Of a stretch of DNA of 64,000 nt, positions 27,330 to 35,783 are shown piece by piece. The translations under genes were made by a program, and so were the position numbers. The notes under the pieces were generated by a model. That model was not told the origin of the DNA. It saw only the letters and a program-made list of their open reading frames with translations, and ran no database searches. Position 1 is the first letter of the stretch. Each line of letters starts with the position of its first letter. The DNA is from Myxococcota bacterium. Lineage in GTDB: Bacteria; Myxococcota_A; SURF-8; G963663525. The DNA is taken from assembly GCA_963676915.2 (NCBI GenBank), contig CAXXVK010000054.1, positions 1-64,000 of the forward strand, read 5' to 3'.

Positions 27330-29003
27330 TTACTCCCCCCACTTCGAAGGATCGGCTACGATGTCGCAGTCGATGAACCGCATACGATCCGCTCCGTTAA
27401 GCGGTGAATAGCAATACTCGAAAATATAGGGCATTTCCACGAGCCTGACGTACGAAATAGGCTTCTGACCGCCTTCTCCATCCTCAACGTATTCCACTCT
27501 AGGCGCTTTGTAATCACGAAGTTCTTCGCCATCTTCCAGGCTTTCCCAAGGATCCCAGTGTTCCCAGGTGCGATACCAGTCCGAGGATTTTCCGTACCAA
27601 TCCATAATATGATGGGCTTCTTCGGCAGTTAACGGATAGCCGTGCGTGGCCGAGGCCAGCAGGACTCCAGCCAGATCGGAGGGGAATTCTTTGTCATCGG
27701 TGCTTGGCATTTCAGGGTTGTGCATGATTTCCTCGAAGCGGAAGACCATGTCTTCGGAAATTTTGCGGGTCAGGTCGTTGCATCCCCACAACTGGGCGTT
27801 CGCCATAGCTGCCAGGTTGAAATAATTGTAGATATTGTAGTTGAAATAGTTGGTTCCTACGGCCAACAGCTCGAAATCCCAGCCGGTATGGTTGCCGGGG
27901 CAATGACCTTTGTCTGCCGGGTAGCCATAGCCGCTTAGCGCAGCACCGAGTTGCGCGTTGCATTCGGCATCTGGCCCGAAGACCGCTTCCCAATGCATGT
28001 AGCTGCCGAGATCGGCGGGAGGATGGTCTTTCTTGGTGGCGTCGTAGGCGATAACGGCTTCTCCGTCTTCGTATTTCGTCAGGATATACCAGTCGTTGTC
28101 CACGATGCTTTGAGAATGACCACGCATGTATTCGATGAACAGCGCTGCCGCCTCACGTAAGGATTCGTTGTCGGTTTCGTAATACGCTCGTGTCGCGATA
28201 GGAAGAGCCAAATACATGTATGGTACGTCATCCTTGGAACGCATGTTGGAAACCCAGATGTTGCCGTAGGTGGGATTGTCGGGAATTTCGAAGACATGGA
28301 CGTTCCATTTGAACGACGGAGTATACATCGGTTCGTAATCGATGGCGACTTTTCGACCATCCACGGTGTATTCGTGATTGTGGTTGAACACCGCACGTGC
28401 CTGCAAATATTTTACGAGCGGATCTTCTTTTTCGAATTCCAATCCCAGTGAAAGGGCGACCAAGCCACGCATGAGTTGTTCGGCGACCTCGCCCATTCGT
28501 TCGTCTCCGGTAAGGAGATAGCCAGCCAGAGCGTTTTCGAGGACTTTAATCGTCCGCTTGCAAATGTTCTCCGCACGGCTGTGGTGAAAAAACGTGATGG
28601 TGTCGCCGTCCCGGCGCATTCCGACATCCTGCCACCACAATTTATAGGGCATCATATCGGGATCGTAGTTGACGTCCAGGCCATGGCTTGTACGCCATAC
28701 CCAGTCGAAGTATTCGGTATCTTTGAAAAATGCCGTCACTTTTTTCGTAAATGCTGTGATTTCCTCTTCGGTTGGAGCTGTGCCGGCCGCTTCACGTTCC
28801 ACCGGGTCGTATCCTAGAACATCCGACGGACGGGGAGGAGGTGCGATGCTATCGTTTAATACACAGGTTGGTGTTGCCTCATCGATTTCGGAGGAAGCGT
28901 CGGTATCGCCATCTGGCGAGACATTGCTATCGTCATCGTTTCCACAAGCTATAAACAGGAAAAAAGTTAAAAGAAACAATATGTTTCGTATAATCAGGTG
29001 CAT
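27330..29003 (-). CDS. Uncharacterised acidic lipoprotein (557 aa)
   Basis: Lipobox FIAC, then NDDDSNVSPDGDTD linker; long aromatic-rich globular region with no motif I recognise. Confidence 0.8.
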   Translation of the reverse strand: MHLIIRNILFLLTFFLFIACGNDDDSNVSPDGDTDASSEIDEATPTCVLNDSIAPPPRPSDVLGYDPVEREAAGTAPTEEEITAFTKKVTAFFKDTEYFDWVWRTSHGLDVNYDPDMMPYKLWWQDVGMRRDGDTITFFHHSRAENICKRTIKVLENALAGYLLTGDERMGEVAEQLMRGLVALSLGLEFEKEDPLVKYLQARAVFNHNHEYTVDGRKVAIDYEPMYTPSFKWNVHVFEIPDNPTYGNIWVSNMRSKDDVPYMYLALPIATRAYYETDNESLREAAALFIEYMRGHSQSIVDNDWYILTKYEDGEAVIAYDATKKDHPPADLGSYMHWEAVFGPDAECNAQLGAALSGYGYPADKGHCPGNHTGWDFELLAVGTNYFNYNIYNYFNLAAMANAQLWGCNDLTRKISEDMVFRFEEIMHNPEMPSTDDKEFPSDLAGVLLASATHGYPLTAEEAHHIMDWYGKSSDWYRTWEHWDPWESLEDGEELRDYKAPRVEYVEDGEGGQKPISYVRLVEMPYIFEYCYSPLNGADRMRFIDCDIVADPSKWGE

Positions 29004-29324
29004 GATTTCTCTCTTTTTCAGCATTGAGATCAGGGAAAATTTTGGTATAAACTTCTCAGGGACGAATTGTATAATGAAAACAGTCAATCAGGCAATAAAC
29101 GCGACAAGCTGTTGTTATTCAGGATAATTCCATGAGCAATTCGCTATGATCTGAAAGTTCTTGTTTTTTTGAGTCATTTCACGGATTTTTCATGCCTTGT
29201 TGGGTCTTGTCTTAATAGGCGATTCAGTATAAAAGGTGGACAGGTGGGGAGGATTGCAGTAGGCTACCAGTACTTAAACGGTGAATATTTGATTTTGAAA
29301 ATCTTGTAGACGAGGGGAATCATA

Positions 29325-30068
29325 ATGAAGCTTGCATTTCCAGGTCCGGTACTGATTACCGGTGCCAACGGTGGCTTGGGGGCCGAACTGACGGAATTGT
29401 TTTTGGAGAAGGGATTCAGCAATATCGCTTGCCAATATCGTTCCTCCAAGGATCACATCGTTTCGGTGCTCGAACGCCACGATCTCGACCCGGAGCGTCA
29501 CTGTTTGTTCGCCGACCTCGCCGACGAGGAAAACGTTGCCCAAATGCGTGCGAATTTCGAAGAGCGTTTTGGTCCCATTTGGGGGTTGATCAACCTTGCG
29601 GGTGGCTCTACCAACGGTCTGAGTTGGAAACTGAGCAAAGCCGATTTTCTCAAGGCGATTGAGGATAATTTGCTCAGCGCTTTTCTCTGCGCTAAAGAAT
29701 TTATTCCTACCATGCGTAAAAATGGTGGCGGTCGGATCATCAACACCTCGAGTGTTGTAGGCTTTACCGGCGTTGCGGGAGCATCGCATTACAGTGCAGC
29801 CAAAGCCGGAATCGCCGGGTTGACGAAGTCGCTGTCGTTGGAGTTGGCCAAGAAAAATATCACGGTCAATGCCATCGCGCTTGGCTATTTCAACACGGGA
29901 TTGATCAATATCCTGACGCCGGAATTGCAACAACATTATAAAGATTTAATTCCGTTGCATCGATTTGGAACCCCGGCTGAAATTTTCGGATTGCTGAATT
30001 ATTTGCTAGGACCGGAGGGTGGATATCTTAATGGACAGACGTTGCATTTGAACGGAGGACTTTACTGA
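29325..30068 (+). CDS. FabG-like short-chain dehydrogenase/reductase
   Basis: TGANGGLG, INLAG, YSAAK, VNAIALG, GQTLHLNGG. Confidence 0.9.
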   Translation: MKLAFPGPVLITGANGGLGAELTELFLEKGFSNIACQYRSSKDHIVSVLERHDLDPERHCLFADLADEENVAQMRANFEERFGPIWGLINLAGGSTNGLSWKLSKADFLKAIEDNLLSAFLCAKEFIPTMRKNGGGRIINTSSVVGFTGVAGASHYSAAKAGIAGLTKSLSLELAKKNITVNAIALGYFNTGLINILTPELQQHYKDLIPLHRFGTPAEIFGLLNYLLGPEGGYLNGQTLHLNGGLY

Positions 30069-31147
30069 TGCCTCTCAGCTTCGGACCATTCGATTATCGA
30101 AGCTCGTTCGCCGAGCGCCGAGAACTGTTTATCGACGCTTTCCCAGAGCATACCGACGACAGCGTTTCCAGCGAAGAGCATTACATGTGGAAATTCCACA
30201 GCTTTCCGGCGGAAACGGCTTCGTATGAATATGGCTGCTGGGATGAGTCGGGACGACTGGTTGGGTACTATGCAGCCGTGCCGTATCCGTACGTAATCAA
30301 TGGCGAGACGATGACCTGTGGCATGGTTTGCGACGTAATGACCCATTCTTCGATGCGTGGCAGAGGGGTGTTTACCAAACTGGGACGTTATGCTACGTCG
30401 GCGATGGCCGAAGAGGGGCTTCATTTCACGTCAGGCTATCCCATTCGTCCGGAAGTGATTCCAGGTCATCTCAAGGTGGGGTGGCAAATCGCTTTTCCGT
30501 TCAAGCTTTGGGTGCGTCCCTTGCGGAGTAACTCTGTGTTGTCGAAAAAGCGGTTGGGGATGCTGGCACCGTTCGTCAATCCCTGGTTGGGCATCTACAA
30601 TCGTGCACTTTCCTTCAGTTTGAGCAAAACCGAGATCGAATGCGAAACGTTCGAACCATCACAACTGGATGAGCTTTCGGGGTACGAAGAGTTCATCAGC
30701 CAGTGGAGTGCGGGACGCTCCCATGTACTCGTTAAAAGCGTTCCGTTTCTGAAGTGGCGGCTTTCCGCACCGACCCGACGGTATAAGCTTGTCGTCGCAA
30801 GAGAGAACGATCGTATTATCGCCTGGGCGACGACAGCCCTTACCGACGTTCGAGGCGTTCCCGCATTGGGAGTGCTGGATTTGATGACCTTGCCGGGGCG
30901 TTCCGATGCTTTACGTGTCATGCAAAAGGAGCTTGGTACGTTAGCTCGGCAGGAAGGTGCGGAGATCATTCTCGGTATGTTCTCCGATATTTCCGCTAGC
31001 GAGCTTGGTCTTTGGCGTGCGGGTTATCTGCGCACACCGGTGACGTTTAAACTGATTACGAAAAAGTTGGCAGATGTCATCGAGGAAGACGTTTTCAATC
31101 GACCTGAGAACTGGCGCTTGACCTGGCTTGATTCCGATAACCTGTAA
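30068..31147 (+). CDS. GNAT-family acyltransferase (two-domain)
   Basis: DVMTHSSMRGRGVF acetyl-CoA motif; FLKWRL..P second domain; start overlaps the SDR stop (TGATG). Confidence 0.8.
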   Translation: MPLSFGPFDYRSSFAERRELFIDAFPEHTDDSVSSEEHYMWKFHSFPAETASYEYGCWDESGRLVGYYAAVPYPYVINGETMTCGMVCDVMTHSSMRGRGVFTKLGRYATSAMAEEGLHFTSGYPIRPEVIPGHLKVGWQIAFPFKLWVRPLRSNSVLSKKRLGMLAPFVNPWLGIYNRALSFSLSKTEIECETFEPSQLDELSGYEEFISQWSAGRSHVLVKSVPFLKWRLSAPTRRYKLVVARENDRIIAWATTALTDVRGVPALGVLDLMTLPGRSDALRVMQKELGTLARQEGAEIILGMFSDISASELGLWRAGYLRTPVTFKLITKKLADVIEEDVFNRPENWRLTWLDSDNL

Positions 31148-31188
31148 AGTACATAAAGTTTTTCCGAAGAACTTCTGTTTGCCAAACG

Positions 31189-31230
31189 AAAACAGCCTGT
31201 CAGGTGATCAACCCGACAGGCTGTTTTTTT
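31189..31230. terminator. Bidirectional intrinsic terminator
   Basis: AAAACAGCCTGTC/GACAGGCTGTTTT with A and T tails, between convergent genes. Confidence 0.85.
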
Positions 31231-31245
31231 ACGAATTTTAGTAAA

Positions 31246-33597
31246 TTAGTAGAAGATTTCCACATTGGCCAGCATGTTGAAACCGGGTGCCCAGACTCCG
31301 GAAGCATGGTATTTGTATTTGGCGTCGAACAGGTTCTCAAACGCCAATCCAAGACGGATGAAGTCATTCGCTACCAGTCCCGTTCGTACGTTGAGTGTCC
31401 ACCATGCCGGGGTGCCTCCCTCGGGGATACGGTTGTCGGTTTTGTCTTTGGGAGAAAGTCGATCTTGCTTGGCTGCTCCGCGTAGGTAGGTTTCGGCGAA
31501 GAATTTGTAATCCTTCACGTTTTCCATGTCGTAGCGTAACGTGAATTGTCCGAAAAGCGGTGGAATTTTGCTTAGCGGTTCGTAGCCACCGTCCACTTTT
31601 TCGCGACCGTAGGTATACGTGAAGTGACCGTTGACCGACACTCCCCAGCCGATGTCGTACGAGGCTTCGCCTTCCACACCGATTAACTCGCCCTGGTCAC
31701 CGTTGACGTTATGTCGTACGGGTAGCGAGTCGATTTCTTCCAAACCGTTGTAGGTGGTGTTTTCGCGCTTGATGATGTCTCGCAGCAGCGTGTAATACCC
31801 CGACAGGCTTGCACGAAAACCGTAGCCCTGGTAACGGGCCAGCAACTCGAAGGTGTCGGCGATTTCCGGGCTAAGTCCATTGTTGGGGATGTGGTAGTCG
31901 TCGCCGGTGTTGCCCAGCATTCCGGCTTCTTGCATGTTCGGAGAGCGGAACCCTTGGGAATACGTGAACGCGGTTGTGACCATGTCTTTGTAATAGTATT
32001 GGATTCCTCCCTGAAATACGACGCCCAAATGCGAAAAATCGGCTTCGATGGTTCCCGCTCTTTCTTGAGCCGGGGCGTAGGCCATCGTACCGTGAAGACG
32101 GCTACCGCCGGAAAGTTTCAGGGCGTGACCACCCGATGTGATCAGCGGTTCGCCTTCCATCATCAGGAACAAACCGTAGAGATCGTAGCTTGAATCGTCT
32201 GGGAAGTTCTGGGCGGCGAGTTTGTCCCAGGGAAGAACGGCGAAGGCTTTTTCGTACCGATCCGCCGAAATGTTGTCATGATACCACATGCCACCGTAAC
32301 GGAAACGCATGCGGTCTTTAAGAATCCGCGTTGTCATTTGCAGGTCTGCGCCGAAGGTGTTGACAGTCGTTTCGTCTTTGGTGGCGGAAATGATGCTTTT
32401 CAGATCTTCTTCGACCTTCTTGGTAATTTTACGCTCGAAAAAGTTCTGGAAGGATAGTGTCAGCGCCCCCGAAGTATTGATCGGTGCGAAGATCATGTTC
32501 AGGCGTGCGTACACAAGGTTGTCGTCGTTGTCGTAGACCTGTCCTTGCGGAGGGTTGCGGTCGAGTTTGTCGGCGCGTCCGACGTCCTTCATGGAAGCCA
32601 GCAGGTAGCCGACTTTCACCGACCAGTCCTCGAAAAAGCCTTCGGAAAAACGGTACACGAAAGAACCGTTCGCGCTCCATTGGTCGTAGGCGCTGTAGGG
32701 CTGACGTCCCACGCTGCCGCCGCCGTCGAGATTTGCAAAAGTCTTGTAGGTGACACCGCCGAGCATGCTGAAGCCATCGTAACCGGCATCGAAATGGGTA
32801 TGGTACGTCATGCCACGATCTGCCAGACTGGAACGCATTCCACCGAAAGCTCCTCCATCGAAGCCTGGGGACGCACGAAAATCACGCGGGGTCAACGGAA
32901 AAACCTGGATTACGCCGCCGACCGCATCCGAGCCGTACAGCACCGATCCCGGACCACGCAGGGTTTCGACGCGCTCGATGGCGTAGGGGTCGAGCAGGTT
33001 GAAATATTGCAACGGCCCGGTGCGGTAGACGGAGTTGTTCAACCGAACGCCATCGGCCATGATCAGCACTTGCGGACCTACCAGACCGCGAATGATCGGC
33101 GAACCTCCACCGTAGTTGGTTTCCTGCACGAAAGTACCCGGAGATTCATACAGCGCTTCGGGAGTCGTGCGAGGGGATTGTTCGCGCAGGTTGCGATAGG
33201 TCGTGACGGATACGGAGCGATTGGAGCGAAAGCGGTCTTCGCGGTCCCGGTTGGCTGTGACCACCACTTCGTCAGGATCGACGGGTGTTTTCTCCGATTC
33301 AGCGCTTTTTGGGGGTTCTGGAGGTGTTTTCTCTTTTTTTACCGGTTCTTCTTTGGGTTTCATTTCCACGACAGGTTCTACAACCGGCGGTTTGTCTTCA
33401 GGTTTCGTTTCCGTTTCAGCCGGAGCAGGAGAGGGAGTTTCGGCTTTTTCCGCATCTTTTTTATCCAGATCGTCGAGGAGGCTATTCACCAAATCGGCGG
33501 TTGGATCGGGGGCGTTTGCGGCGTCCTGAGCCGAAGCGGGCATAGAAATCAGAAAAAGTGCAAAAACTACCCATAGAGCGTTCAATTTCCCAGGCAT
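31246..33597 (-). CDS. TonB-dependent receptor
   Basis: Signal peptide, Pro/Glu/Lys linker, TonB box EVVVTA, plug IRG...DGVR...IERVETLRGPGSVLYGSDAVGGVI, ENLFD..Y, C-terminal aromatic. Confidence 0.95.
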   Translation of the reverse strand: MPGKLNALWVVFALFLISMPASAQDAANAPDPTADLVNSLLDDLDKKDAEKAETPSPAPAETETKPEDKPPVVEPVVEMKPKEEPVKKEKTPPEPPKSAESEKTPVDPDEVVVTANRDREDRFRSNRSVSVTTYRNLREQSPRTTPEALYESPGTFVQETNYGGGSPIIRGLVGPQVLIMADGVRLNNSVYRTGPLQYFNLLDPYAIERVETLRGPGSVLYGSDAVGGVIQVFPLTPRDFRASPGFDGGAFGGMRSSLADRGMTYHTHFDAGYDGFSMLGGVTYKTFANLDGGGSVGRQPYSAYDQWSANGSFVYRFSEGFFEDWSVKVGYLLASMKDVGRADKLDRNPPQGQVYDNDDNLVYARLNMIFAPINTSGALTLSFQNFFERKITKKVEEDLKSIISATKDETTVNTFGADLQMTTRILKDRMRFRYGGMWYHDNISADRYEKAFAVLPWDKLAAQNFPDDSSYDLYGLFLMMEGEPLITSGGHALKLSGGSRLHGTMAYAPAQERAGTIEADFSHLGVVFQGGIQYYYKDMVTTAFTYSQGFRSPNMQEAGMLGNTGDDYHIPNNGLSPEIADTFELLARYQGYGFRASLSGYYTLLRDIIKRENTTYNGLEEIDSLPVRHNVNGDQGELIGVEGEASYDIGWGVSVNGHFTYTYGREKVDGGYEPLSKIPPLFGQFTLRYDMENVKDYKFFAETYLRGAAKQDRLSPKDKTDNRIPEGGTPAWWTLNVRTGLVANDFIRLGLAFENLFDAKYKYHASGVWAPGFNMLANVEIFY

Positions 33598-33902
33598 GCT
33601 TCTTCTCCCGTCTTTGGTAGGAAACGAGTCGACAAATTTTATTGTGGTCACACGGTGTCGTTGTTACACTCGTATCAAATAGGGCGTTTTTTTTCAACTT
33701 TTTCAACATGAATTTCGTGTTAATGAAGGGATCGATATCGTCAATAAGTGAAATATTACAGTATGTTACAGGTTGAAATCGGCTTAAGGGCGGAAGCTGA
33801 GGTTTTTACTTCGCTTTTCTTGCCTTTTGCCGATAGATCCTTATAATAACCGCCTCGTTACACGATTGGTGGCAACAAAGGCACGACACGGGAGGTTTCT
33901 CC

Positions 33903-34277
33903 ATGGGCCTATCGAAAAAAGACCTCAAAGCCTTTCTGGAACGTCTGGAAGCCAAGAGAAGCGAAGTTCAACAAAACATCGACGACCGCAAGCGAAAAGG
34001 TCTTCGCGAAGCCAATAACGAAGTCGTTGTAGAAGAACTCGATCAGGCGGCCAAAGCCTCCGAACAAGCCCTTCAAATGCGTCTGTTGGATAAAGAAATG
34101 AAGCTTTTGCGTGAAATCGATCACGCCATTGCAAAGTTCGCCGACGGTACGTATGGCATCTGTGAAGGCACGGGAGATTGGATCGAACGCAAGCGTTTGG
34201 CCATTCGTCCATGGACCCGATATTCCATCGAACATAAAAATGAACTAGAAAAGCGAAAAAAAGCTTCAAAGTTCTGA
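33903..34277 (+). CDS. dksA: DksA/TraR-family RNA polymerase-binding factor, single-Cys type
   Basis: EELDQA coiled-coil tip; LLREID.A..K...GTYGICEGTG..I...RL...P. Confidence 0.85.
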   Translation: MGLSKKDLKAFLERLEAKRSEVQQNIDDRKRKGLREANNEVVVEELDQAAKASEQALQMRLLDKEMKLLREIDHAIAKFADGTYGICEGTGDWIERKRLAIRPWTRYSIEHKNELEKRKKASKF

Positions 34278-34311
34278 CGATTGCCACTATAGTACGTCAC
34301 GAATTCAGCCT

Positions 34312-34401
34312 GGAGTGGTGACCGAGTGGCTGAAGGTGCTCGCCTGCTAAGCGAGTGTGGGTTGACGCCCACCGAGGGTTCGAATCCCTCCCACTCCGCC
34401 A
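34312..34401 (+). tRNA. tRNA-Ser(GCT)
   Basis: Acceptor stem GGAGTGG/CCACTCC, anticodon arm CTCGC-CTGCTAA-GCGAG, long variable arm, GGTTCGAATCC, discriminator G and encoded CCA. Confidence 0.97.
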
Positions 34402-34410
34402 GTTTTTTCT

Positions 34411-34436
34411 AGGCCGCTTTTTTGGGCGGCCTTTTT
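34411..34436 (+). terminator. Terminator/processing hairpin after the tRNA
   Basis: AGGCCGC/GCGGCCT stem followed by a T run. Confidence 0.7.
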
Positions 34437-34456
34437 CATGTCTTGAAGAGGAAACC

Positions 34457-35023
34457 ATGCTTACGACCTCGGATTTCAAAAAAGGTGTTCAATTCGAATG
34501 GGAAGGCGAACCTTATGTCATTCTCGACGTGGACACCAAAACTCCTGCGGCGCGGGGGGCGCAGACCATCGTAAGTATCAAGGCACGCAACCTGATTTCC
34601 GGGCAGTTTTTGCAAAAAACCTGGAAAGCGGGAGAGAAATTCAAAGAACCCGACCTCGAACACCGCAAAGTTCAATATTTGTACCGGGATAGCGACGGCT
34701 TCGTTTTCATGGACATGGAAACCTACGACCAGTTCACGTTGGATGTCGAATTTCTTGAGAACGAAATTCCCTACCTGGTCGAGAACCAGGAACTCACGTC
34801 GTTGATTTTCAACGAAAAAGTCGCTGGCGTGGAGTTGCCGCAGTTCGTGACTCTCGAAGTTACCGATGTGGTTCCGGGTACCAAAGGCGATACCGCAACC
34901 GGTCAGGTTACCACCCCCGCCACCACGACCAACGGCCTTGTGGTCAACGTGCCGTTGTATATCAAAGTGGGCGACAGCATCCGCGTGGATACCCGAACGG
35001 GGGACTTCAAGGACCGCGCCTGA
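34457..35023 (+). CDS. efp: Elongation factor P family protein with an EfpL(YeiP)-type loop
   Basis: KOW/OB architecture; QYLYRD..GFVFMD.ETYDQ; KGDT; VP.YI..GD.I.VDTRTG; loop TPAARGA with Arg33; RBS GAGG. Confidence 0.9.
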   Translation: MLTTSDFKKGVQFEWEGEPYVILDVDTKTPAARGAQTIVSIKARNLISGQFLQKTWKAGEKFKEPDLEHRKVQYLYRDSDGFVFMDMETYDQFTLDVEFLENEIPYLVENQELTSLIFNEKVAGVELPQFVTLEVTDVVPGTKGDTATGQVTTPATTTNGLVVNVPLYIKVGDSIRVDTRTGDFKDRA

Positions 35024-35357
35024 ATTTTAACTACAACCTGTCATTTCCAATTCCACTCGAAAATGGTCTTCGTTGGCGATTAATTTCGTCCAATGGGGAA
35101 TAATATTTTATTCAGATCTGTTGATAAAGCAGTAAGCAACATGCTTACCTGTGTTTGTCGGAGATTTCTGTATGTGGTGTTGTTCGATCTGTGAAATTGA
35201 AATTTCGTTGATCCGTACGACTCAAAATTTGAACAAATATATGGTGGAAAAAAACGAATTCGAAAGGATGCTTCAGATGTTTTTTTAGGATTAAATACTA
35301 AGAATAAACACAAAGTGAATAGAAAACTTCCATTAATAAAATAACATGATAAAAAAT

Positions 35358-35387
35358 TTGACACACTATGACAGTTTGTCGTAAAAT
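35358..35387 (+). promoter_or_regulatory. Putative sigma70 promoter
   Basis: TTGACA-N18-TAAAAT in an AT-rich region upstream of ORF 35459. Confidence 0.45.
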
Positions 35388-35458
35388 GTAATTGTGTGAT
35401 GGTTTGAAAGAATGGTTGGAAAATGCTCATTCTCAAAGTGGGGCGAAAAGAGGTAGCC

Positions 35459-35755
35459 ATGGGGGACAAGCGCTACAAAGTCAATTGTTGGGAGTATCTC
35501 AAGTGCGGAAGAGAGCCAGGGGGAACGGCTGTCGACACATTAGGGGTGTGTCCGGTTCCGATTGCTCGGGAACTCCATTCTATCAACGAAGGGCGCAACG
35601 GGGGACGCGTTTGCTGGTCGGTCCAAGGGACAGATTGTCATGGATCGACCAAGAGCAATTGCAGCGCCCATTTCTGCATTCTCTGTCCATTTTTCAAAAA
35701 GGTGAAGGCGGAGCAGGAACAGGAAGGAGAATTTCAACTGATTCCGCTACAATGA
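35459..35755 (+). CDS. Stand-alone two-CW-domain Cys-rich protein
   Basis: NCWEYLKCGREPGG...CP...NGGRVCW...GT.C...CILCPFF; RBS GAGG. Confidence 0.8.
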   Translation: MGDKRYKVNCWEYLKCGREPGGTAVDTLGVCPVPIARELHSINEGRNGGRVCWSVQGTDCHGSTKSNCSAHFCILCPFFKKVKAEQEQEGEFQLIPLQ

Positions 35756-35783
35756 CCCTAATGTTCAGGGAGTGAAAAGCGTT

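Noticed and set aside
34312-35460. tRNA-Ser as the integration site of a genomic island
   Set aside because: No integrase and no duplicated tRNA 3' end seen; efp follows directly
35080-35469. 129-aa minus-strand ORF in the AT-rich tract
   Set aside because: F/L/S/N-rich composition typical of non-coding AT-rich DNA; it overlaps the promoter and start of the two-CW gene
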